Source: Promethearchaeota archaeon
GTDB lineage: Archaea; Asgardarchaeota; Lokiarchaeia; Sigyniarchaeales; SOKP01
Direction of reading: 5' to 3'
Assembly (NCBI GenBank): GCA_019058015.1
Contig: JAHLWH010000079.1
Coordinates: 1-14,182 of the forward strand
Length of the DNA: 14,182 bases
Part shown: positions 7,407-14,182 of the stretch, piece after piece
Position numbering within the stretch: position 1 is the first letter of the stretch
Layout: each line of letters starts with the position of its first letter
Translations under genes and position numbers: made by a program
The notes under the pieces: model-generated
Told to the model about the DNA's origin: nothing
The model's input: only the letters and a program-made list of their open reading frames with translations
Database searches by the model: none

Positions 7407-8126
7407 TCATAAGAACTTCGATATATCCTTAAAATTTTCAAGTTTTTTCTTAGGTGAGTAATCACTTATAGTAAAAATTATATTTTCGATATTTTTAACT
7501 ACATCCTTAGAGCTTAGGTCGTTAGTTTGAATAATCGATAAATTTCTTTTTTTCTTTTCATTAGAAAGTAGAAATTCATTATAATATTCCAAAATTTTTA
7601 AGAGATAATTATAATCTTTCTCGTGCCATCTTTTTCTTTTCATTTCTGCTTTATTTTGTTCCTTAAAGGATAATTGCCCTCTAGAAATAATTCGTTTCAT
7701 AATTACATTAGCATCGGCATGGAGATAAATAATATGTTCTTTTTTAACCCAATCAATTGATTTATACAGATCGTATATTAACTTATAATCTTTGGAAACC
7801 ATTTCTAAAGCTTTGGAATATATTAATACACAAATTGGAGTTCGATCTAAAATTATAACTTTATTATTGTTTTTTTTTAAATAAACTTTAAGACGAGTAT
7901 TTCGCTTTATTAATTGCTGCAGAAAGAATATTTCTCCACGAAAAGCAATCTCCTTTTTGATTGAGCCTAATGGATATGTAGGATTTTTAACAATATATCT
8001 CTCATGATAAAATTTGAATGTATTGTTTTTAGAATATTTATCTTCTAAAATTGAAAATACAGTAGTTTTGCCCACTCCGTGAACTCCTGATATTGAAAAA
8101 ATAAAATTACTCTTTCCCGCCCACAT
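7407..8126 (-). CDS. P-loop kinase of the deoxynucleoside kinase / thymidylate kinase family
   Basis: Walker A ISGVHGVGKTT near the N-terminus, VIILDR motif, IIYLHA...IMKRIISRG lid, E...YL..I...Y helix. Confidence 0.8.
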   Translation of the reverse strand: MWAGKSNFIFSISGVHGVGKTTVFSILEDKYSKNNTFKFYHERYIVKNPTYPLGSIKKEIAFRGEIFFLQQLIKRNTRLKVYLKKNNNKVIILDRTPICVLIYSKALEMVSKDYKLIYDLYKSIDWVKKEHIIYLHADANVIMKRIISRGQLSFKEQNKAEMKRKRWHEKDYNYLLKILEYYNEFLLSNEKKKRNLSIIQTNDLSSKDVVKNIENIIFTISDYSPKKKLENFKDISKFL

Positions 8127-8176
8127 TTTAAACGGTAAATTGGTTTTATTTGTTAATTTTTGATGTTTAAATAGAA

Positions 8177-9163
8177 TTAAATTAAAATCATAATAAATAT
8201 TATAAATGTATAAATGCCATTAGCAGAAATAGTGGAAAATAGATTCCGATTGGATATTTCAAAAATTAATCCTAAAATAATATTATTTAAAAAGTAAATA
8301 ATAACTAAACCTATATCAAAAGTGAAAAACAAAAATAAAACTGAATATATTAAACTTACAATAAGAATAATATATATTCTTTGTGTTAGTTGAGAACCAA
8401 GTTTTGTGATTAATCCCTTGTGTAAAACTCCACGGAATGTTATCTCTGTACCAAAAACATCTAACATTAATAAAAATAATAATAAGATCTTATATAAAAG
8501 ATTAGAGTTCTTTATAACTGTGTATTGTTCAGCTATACTTTCTGGTGGAGAGAAAATAGCCCAACCCATTGATACAAAGAAGTCATTGATAAAAATAGAT
8601 AATTCAGCCATAATATAGACCATAAACGCTCCAATTATGCCAATTAATAATGCAATAAGTAATTTTTTTCTCTCATAATTTAGACCAAGTTTTGAAATCT
8701 TGTGTTTTTTAGAGTATATATAAGATAGCGGATATATAATTAAGATCGCTCCAGGAATTTGACTTAATGTAATAGCTTCAATAGTAATTGGAAAATCAAT
8801 ACCTGCAGAAGGCCCTTGAAGTATAAAAAAAAGCGTAAAAATACCAATTTTTGCAAATAAGAACAAAACTAAACTATTAAAGAAGACATTTATTGCTTCA
8901 CGAAATTTCCATTGATCTTTTTGAAGTATAAATTTATTAGAGAGCTCAAGTTTCTTTCCTGTGAATATAAAATATGATTTTTCTTCTTCTTTTTTTACCC
9001 CTATTACATCCAGTGGTAAATCCTCCAAAACAGTATCACATATGGGACATTGTTTGAGTATTTTTGAAGAAATAATTGAACCACATTTTGAACATTTTCT
9101 TTCAAGGGTTTTCCCTTTATTTGCAGTTGAGACTTCTTTTTTTTCCTTGCTCTTTTCAGACAT
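8177..9163 (-). CDS. Zinc-ribbon plus CPBP (CAAX/Abi) family membrane protein with degenerate active site
   Basis: N-terminal CSKC...CPIC, about 8 TM segments, LGL motif, GTEITFRG (EExxxR position), LGLIFEISNRNLFSTISAN (motif-3/4 region). Confidence 0.75.
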   Translation of the reverse strand: MSEKSKEKKEVSTANKGKTLERKCSKCGSIISSKILKQCPICDTVLEDLPLDVIGVKKEEEKSYFIFTGKKLELSNKFILQKDQWKFREAINVFFNSLVLFLFAKIGIFTLFFILQGPSAGIDFPITIEAITLSQIPGAILIIYPLSYIYSKKHKISKLGLNYERKKLLIALLIGIIGAFMVYIMAELSIFINDFFVSMGWAIFSPPESIAEQYTVIKNSNLLYKILLLFLLMLDVFGTEITFRGVLHKGLITKLGSQLTQRIYIILIVSLIYSVLFLFFTFDIGLVIIYFLNNIILGLIFEISNRNLFSTISANGIYTFIIFIMILI

Positions 9164-9676
9164 TGTTATATTTCTCTTAAAAATTCTTATATTAAATTAA
9201 AGCAAATATATTATTATAATATTGATATTATAAATTAAATTTACCGCCTAGTCTCAAACGGATTAAAATTGAATAGTAAAGAGAGAAAAACAATGAAAAA
9301 ATGGGGGAAATATAATAAGGATGGTATAATTGAATAATCATTTGAATTATAAAAAAATATTATCATTCCAATAAATCAAAGTGAGTTTATCTCTCTCATT
9401 ATATTTCCTACCTAACTTAAAAGAAAATGGACTATTTGAAATAAAAATATATTAATTGAATAGATAGCATGAGTCCTTAAATTTTATTATTCTTTTTTAC
9501 AATAGAAAGAAATTATTTTCAATATTAATCATTCATGAGGAAAAAACAGAACAGTTTTTTTAAATCTTAGCTAATCCTTAACACAATAATTAAATATCAA
9601 GCATTTTTTTTATTTTTAGACAAATTTAAATAAATATAATAAAATTTGTATATTTATATTCCTAGGAAAAAAAAAA

Positions 9677-10060
9677 TTGTCTGATATAAAAACACTTGAG
9701 TCGATCTTAAAAAAATTAATAACTTCAGTACCGGAAATTGAAGCCGCTGCAATAGTTTCAATGGAGGGGTTTCCAATAGCGAGCGCTTTGCCAGCAGGTA
9801 TAGATGACGCAAAGATCTCTGCGATGACTGCAGCAATCCTTTCACTTGGAGAGGTTGCAGTACAAGAAAGAAATATGGGTGACCTAGAGGTGACTTTTAT
9901 TGAAGGAGAAGATGGTTTTATAATTACGCGTAACGCGGGAAAAAATGCAGCGCTTATAATCTCTACCAACCCAAACATTACACGAGGGCTAATCTTTTTA
10001 GAATGTAAAAGAACATGCGAAAAAATCGAAGAAATTCTTAAAAAAAGAGATAACCAATAA
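9677..10060 (+). CDS. Roadblock/LC7 domain protein (stand-alone, TTG start)
   Basis: IEAAAIVSMEGFPIASALP..IDDAKISAMTAAILSLGE.....GDL....IEGEDG.I....AGKNAAL...GLIFLE is the typical archaeal Roadblock/MglB-like signature. Confidence 0.92.
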   Translation: MSDIKTLESILKKLITSVPEIEAAAIVSMEGFPIASALPAGIDDAKISAMTAAILSLGEVAVQERNMGDLEVTFIEGEDGFIITRNAGKNAALIISTNPNITRGLIFLECKRTCEKIEEILKKRDNQ

Positions 10061-10218
10061 TATAACTTATTCTCTATAAACCACTTGTAATATTCATAAT
10101 CTCCATTAAAAGTAGCCCATGATAATATAAAATTGAGTCGAAATAATGCTCTCCTTTAGAACCATTTTCCTTACCACTAATGTCGAGATATCAATCTGAA
10201 TTTTAGAAAAAAATTATT

Positions 10219-10551
10219 TTAGTATTCGTCTATTTTTGCCTGTCTCTTATATTCATCCTTTTTTCTTAAAGCTTCAAACTCCGGGTCTTCACTTGATAAA
10301 TGTCTTATATTCTTATCCTTTAAATATTGCATAAATTCTTCGGTCTTGTAAGGATACTCTTGTTCTAAAGTATCTCTACAATCCATAGCCCATTTTGATA
10401 ATTCTAAACGTGCTTGTGAATCATATAATGCTAAAGATGCTAAATGAATTGACTCACGGAATTTTTCTAAAATTTGCCCTTCATACCCAAAAAACTCAGC
10501 AAACTCTTCTGGACTTAAAATTTTTACATTTTCTGGAAAAGGGATATCCAT
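10219..10551 (-). CDS. Hypothetical protein, possibly a 5'-truncated gene fragment
   Basis: 110 open codons with natural charged composition. The ATG lies inside the opposite-strand hydrolase fragment, with a stop just upstream in frame and no non-coding space for a promoter. Confidence 0.55.
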   Translation of the reverse strand: MDIPFPENVKILSPEEFAEFFGYEGQILEKFRESIHLASLALYDSQARLELSKWAMDCRDTLEQEYPYKTEEFMQYLKDKNIRHLSSEDPEFEALRKKDEYKRQAKIDEY

Positions 10552-10555
10552 TTTC
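10536..10555. repeat. 20-bp near-perfect palindrome at the junction of two back-to-back coding segments
   Basis: GAAAA-G-GGATATCC-A-TTTTC (one mismatched pair), with extra flanking arms ACATT (10526-10530) and AATGT (10560-10564). Confidence 0.6.
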
Positions 10556-10784
10556 TTTTAATGTGGATAAATCATGTAAAAAATTCGAAAAACCGACATT
10601 GCTTCTGTTAGGTAGGCAAGACAGCTCTGTGGGATGTAGCGATGCGTGGAACATTATTGAAAAATACCCCAGATCAACTTATGCTATAATAGATAAAGCA
10701 GGACATTCTTTACAAATCGAACAAGTAGAACTATTTAACTCATTGGTAAGTGAATGGCTAACAAGGATTGAAGAATGTGGTTAA
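10542..10784 (+). pseudogene. 3' fragment of an alpha/beta-fold hydrolase
   Basis: GYPFSFNVD...KPTLLLLGRQDSSVG...IDKAGHSLQIEQVELFNSLVSEWL carries the catalytic Asp and His. The nucleophile (GxSxG) half is absent, and the upstream in-frame sequence (10395-10541) reads as antisense of the minus-strand ORF. Confidence 0.75.
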
Positions 10785-10888
10785 CCTATACCTATTTCTT
10801 TAGGTAATCACATAAAATTAAAATTTAAATTATATAAAAAAAATAGTTTAGATTTTTAGAATTATCTTAATTAGCTAAAAAGCTCTTA

Positions 10889-11254
10889 TTAATCGTCAAC
10901 ATCTCCAATGTTTCTAATACCACTGAAATCTCCGGCAATACATTGCTCTAAAAGATCTACAGACTTCGCCCAAATAGTTTCTAAAGCTTTTTGCACTATA
11001 TTCATATTATCTAGTGAACCAAATATTAACCTAATTATTTGTTGGTCTTCATCTATTTTGATTTCCATAGGAAAGTCTTGATTTAAACCTCCGAACATGT
11101 GTAACATTATTTTAATTTCATTTGGATCAGCAAAATCGTTGCCTAATTTTGTATTACTCTTCACAAGCATGTTTATCTCAAGATTTTTCTCATAGGTCTC
11201 TACTTTAATAGCTTCTTTTAACATATTTCTTAACGAGAGAATAATTTTTTCCAT
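10889..11254 (-). CDS. Hypothetical protein (121 aa)
   Basis: Open frame with SD AGGTGG upstream of the ATG, 27 bp after the CocE stop. No family recognised. Confidence 0.75.
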   Translation of the reverse strand: MEKIILSLRNMLKEAIKVETYEKNLEINMLVKSNTKLGNDFADPNEIKIMLHMFGGLNQDFPMEIKIDEDQQIIRLIFGSLDNMNIVQKALETIWAKSVDLLEQCIAGDFSGIRNIGDVDD

Positions 11255-11264
11255 TTTTTTTTTA

Positions 11265-11270
11265 CCACCT
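11265..11270 (-). promoter_or_regulatory. Shine-Dalgarno site
   Basis: AGGTGG on the minus strand about 10 nt before the ATG at 11254, in an intra-operon gap. Confidence 0.5.
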
Positions 11271-11281
11271 TTTTCAAGAGT

Positions 11282-13099
11282 TTATTTCTCTATAATTGGC
11301 AGATCAATATAGGAAGCATGCATTTTGTTGCTTGAAATTGTAATCGTCGGTCTTCCATCCTTAGGATATCTGCTAAAAGTATCTTTATCGTGACCTGCGA
11401 TGGCGATTCTAATTCTATGACCTTTACGAATTAAAACCGAAGTCGTATGTAATCCGAACTTTAATTCAGTAATTTCGCCTGGAATTAATGGAGCAGAATC
11501 TTCTTTTTTGTATGTATGATAAGGAATCAAGATTTTGTATGGCGGCTCTTCTGATGAAATTTTTCTATGAATAACCCGAAACTCACCATCTGTAACATAT
11601 GTAACGTTTCCCTCTTCGTCAACATCTTCCAGATATACGAATAAAGCACCATCTTCGTGAGTAGATTTCAAATAAAGGCAAGCTATTATTTGACCAGTAA
11701 TTTCAGTATTCTTTTCTAAAGGAAGGCTTGTGTAACACAGCAGTTTCTCGTCCATTTTAGCTCTATTCTTATAACTTATTGGTTGTCCTAATAGCGTCCA
11801 CCAACGATTAAGTCTACCTGTTGTCGCTCGAAAATTTATCTTGTAGTTATTTTCTCCAATATCTTTATCTGGCATTTCTTTGGATAAAGCTAAATTTTCC
11901 GTTAAATACCATCTTTGATATTTATGTCCTTTAGGTGGCCAAACACTTGTCTTTTTCCATTCTTCTTCTGCCATTGTATAGTAATGCAAGACTTTCTCTT
12001 TAATTCCATCGTCATAAATACAGGTATCGAAGAAATTAATAAAGGCATTAATTCTTTCGTTTGGACTTGGAGTCACCGCAGTTCTATTAGAGAAAAACTG
12101 GTTAGCAGGAGATGCTGCTCCGTGATTCCAATCTCCGAGGATAGCAATCATAGGATTTGTTAAATTTAAAAATCGATGAATTACAGCGTCTACATAACCA
12201 GAATCATACCATGAACACCAAATTAACATGGGAATGTTTGATTCTTCAATCCGAGATTGACGGTTCATGATTATATCATCATATTGAGTACCATCAGGAA
12301 GAGCCTCATCGCGGTAATTTCTATCTTTTGCGTGTTCGTGAACATAACGGTTTAATTTATGCTTTTCGATTGCTTCATTTAAGAAATTCAAATTACCATC
12401 TGAATCAACTGGTTTTACGCCTTTAGAAAATAGCCAATCTGAGGGTAAAAGTTGTCGAAACACTTTTGGATTGTTTATATCTAAATTAAAACCTAGGAAC
12501 GACCATGTTTGCATAAAAGAATTATCGTAAATTCCTCCTGGAAATACTACATCTAAGTAAGAGTCCCAAACTCCATGTCCAAGTATAATTGCCTTTATTG
12601 CGGAATGGTTAATAGTTGTAATTAATTCAGCTGTAGTTCCAGCATAGGAAATTCCCTTAGAAACTACATTCCCATCTGACCAGGGTTGGGATATTATCCA
12701 ATCAACGATCTCAGAACCATCTTTTACTTCTTCTTCAGACCAAGGAATATTCCTCGTTCCCAACGAAGCTCCCGTTCCTCGAACATCAGTAATAATGAAA
12801 GCATAACCTCGACTAGTAATTATTTCAGGATTCGGAGTGGTCGTGACAATTTCGTCTAAAATCCACCTAAATGGGATTCGCAATTTCTTTGCTCTCCAAT
12901 ATCGTGTTTGAGTTAATATTGTAGGGATTTTCTCAATTGGAGAAATCCCTTTAGGAAGACAAATTGTTGCTGCTATATTAACCCCATCACGCATAGGAAT
13001 GTAAATTGATTCTACTATATACCCGTTTCGATATTTTTTTTCTGGAATCTCACCTAATTCCTTAAAGGGATTATTTAATACTGCTCTTGGATCAGTCAT
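11282..13099 (-). CDS. CocE/NonD family serine hydrolase (peptidase S15-like)
   Basis: IPMRDGV, TRYWR, DVRGTGAS, WIISQPWSDG, nucleophile GISYAG, WYD (Asp), GDWNH (His), and a C-terminal jelly-roll with YTS.PL, YVTDG.FR, GHRIRIAI. Confidence 0.93.
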   Translation of the reverse strand: MTDPRAVLNNPFKELGEIPEKKYRNGYIVESIYIPMRDGVNIAATICLPKGISPIEKIPTILTQTRYWRAKKLRIPFRWILDEIVTTTPNPEIITSRGYAFIITDVRGTGASLGTRNIPWSEEEVKDGSEIVDWIISQPWSDGNVVSKGISYAGTTAELITTINHSAIKAIILGHGVWDSYLDVVFPGGIYDNSFMQTWSFLGFNLDINNPKVFRQLLPSDWLFSKGVKPVDSDGNLNFLNEAIEKHKLNRYVHEHAKDRNYRDEALPDGTQYDDIIMNRQSRIEESNIPMLIWCSWYDSGYVDAVIHRFLNLTNPMIAILGDWNHGAASPANQFFSNRTAVTPSPNERINAFINFFDTCIYDDGIKEKVLHYYTMAEEEWKKTSVWPPKGHKYQRWYLTENLALSKEMPDKDIGENNYKINFRATTGRLNRWWTLLGQPISYKNRAKMDEKLLCYTSLPLEKNTEITGQIIACLYLKSTHEDGALFVYLEDVDEEGNVTYVTDGEFRVIHRKISSEEPPYKILIPYHTYKKEDSAPLIPGEITELKFGLHTTSVLIRKGHRIRIAIAGHDKDTFSRYPKDGRPTITISSNKMHASYIDLPIIEK

Positions 13100-13151
13100 T
13101 TCTATTTCAAATTTATTTATTTATTTATTTTTTTTATTGTTGGAAATATAT

Positions 13152-14182
13152 CTACAGATCAATTTCTCTCATCTGAGCTCTGAGCTCTATTCTTTTTTCT
13201 TCCGGGAGTTTCCATAATAATCGAAAGACCAGGATTGCTATAACCGAAAGGATTATTGGAACTAAAGCCATATCTGCGATAATTCCCCATTGAGCTAAAG
13301 GTGCTTGAACATCTGCATTTGGGTCAAAACCAGTGATAAGGTGAGTGATTGCAAAAATAATAATAGTGAGTGGTACTGATGCGCGTAATAAAACATGTAA
13401 TATACCATTATAAGCCCCCTCTACACGTCGCTTTTCCTGTACCACCGTTTGGTCGATCACTGATGCGAATAGGGGTTCATCCGCAACCTGCACAGCACAA
13501 ACAAAAATGCCCGCTACGGCTGAAGCGATAAAAGCTGAAATTAATATATTACTAAAAATTAGGATTGGGACCGTAGAAACCGCCATTCCTATCATACCGA
13601 TATATAGAACTTTAATCTCCTTAACTTTACCTAATACCCAGAGCCAGAAAGGAATTGTTAAGAAACCCGTTATTAAGTAACCTAATAGAATAATGCTTCC
13701 CCAAAATTGTTCTATTTGTAAAATATATCGTGTGTAATAAATAACTGATGCAATAACTATATCCATATAGACACCTAGCATCGCCCAAACAATAAGTATT
13801 GCAAGAAAATTTCGATTCTTCAAGAGTTTTTTCATTATATTGAAAAATCTTACCTTCTCTTTGTGTTGGGCTTCGCTTTTTAAAACTTGTTCAATCATTT
13901 CCTTGTCTTCACGAACCCCAGGAATCCCTAATACTATAAAGGGGAGGGCGATCAACACAATAATTAAGCTCGCTGTAAAAAAGCTTGATTTATCTCCAAA
14001 CACGATAACCAATGGTGGGAACACAATACCGAAGAATTGCATTGCCGTCCATCCAACTAGGTTCATCCCGGTAACATAACGACGATCTCTATCAGTACGG
14101 AATTTTTGAGGATATAATGCCGAATAATTTAGCGAAAAGGCCGTATAAAACCATTCATATGCACAAAGAAACAATATGAGCC
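13152..14182 (-). CDS. MFS transporter, GPH/MelB-like family (5' end outside the window)
   Basis: Frame stays open to the window edge. ALYP.KFR...RR, KNRNF, VID......RRVEGAYNG, GFDP motifs and multiple TM segments. Confidence 0.9.
   Translation of the reverse strand, partial: LILFLCAYEWFYTAFSLNYSALYPQKFRTDRDRRYVTGMNLVGWTAMQFFGIVFPPLVIVFGDKSSFFTASLIIVLIALPFIVLGIPGVREDKEMIEQVLKSEAQHKEKVRFFNIMKKLLKNRNFLAILIVWAMLGVYMDIVIASVIYYTRYILQIEQFWGSIILLGYLITGFLTIPFWLWVLGKVKEIKVLYIGMIGMAVSTVPILIFSNILISAFIASAVAGIFVCAVQVADEPLFASVIDQTVVQEKRRVEGAYNGILHVLLRASVPLTIIIFAITHLITGFDPNADVQAPLAQWGIIADMALVPIILSVIAILVFRLLWKLPEEKRIELRAQMREIDL

Noticed and set aside
8406-9200. Two plus-strand ORFs (8406-8618, 8961-9200)
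   Set aside because: Antisense shadows of the CPBP-like gene.
9214-9233. TTATAATAT-TG-ATATTATAA near-palindrome upstream of the CPBP-like gene
   Set aside because: Arms are purely A/T in a very AT-rich spacer; likely chance or overlapping TATA elements.
9616-9978. Minus-strand ORFs 9616-9978 and 9654-9845
   Set aside because: Antisense to the clear Roadblock gene.
10061-10200. Protein-like short minus-strand frames (e.g. WATFNGDYEYYKWFIENK) suggesting a gene relic
   Set aside because: Under 40 codons each, no family recognised; needs tBLASTx to evaluate.
10395-10541. N-terminal part of the 129-aa plus-strand ORF as a real protein start
   Set aside because: No hydrolase motifs and fully overlaps the more protein-like minus ORF; only the part from about 10542 is credible.
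11915-12163. 82-aa plus-strand ORF
   Set aside because: Antisense to the CocE/NonD gene.
13840-14079. 79-aa plus-strand ORF
   Set aside because: Antisense to the MFS gene.
1-14182. CRISPR array, tRNA/rRNA, transposase or integrase, stop-codon recoding
   Set aside because: No periodic direct repeats, no GC-rich structured RNA segment, no recombinase motifs and no in-frame stop splitting a recognisable gene were seen by eye.

Overview
AT-rich archaeal-type DNA. The gene content (two Roadblock/LC7 proteins, paralogous GPH-type MFS transporters, a Zn-ribbon CPBP protein, TATA-type promoters) suggests an Asgard archaeon such as Lokiarchaeia; this is inference, not a database result. Left block (121-4697): a small ORF plus a ParB/Srx-like ORF on the minus strand, divergent from a GH130 mannoside phosphorylase-like gene fused to a C-terminal DUF2582-like winged helix, then an inverted-repeat-rich spacer and a GT4 glycosyltransferase fused to an (alpha/alpha)-toroid-like domain. 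Middle block (4782-10060): MFS transporter, Roadblock protein with a ~210-aa acidic tail, P-loop nucleoside/nucleotide kinase, a CPBP-fold membrane protein that has lost most catalytic residues, and a divergent stand-alone Roadblock. At about 10545 an orphan ORF and the 3' fragment of an alpha/beta hydrolase are joined back to back at a 20-bp near-perfect palindrome. Right block: MFS (cut by the window edge), CocE/NonD hydrolase and a hypothetical protein, probably one operon. I saw no rRNA, tRNA, CRISPR array or transposase. Best candidates for an undescribed system: the GH130-wHTH/GT4-toroid module and the Roadblock-tail/pseudoprotease cluster.
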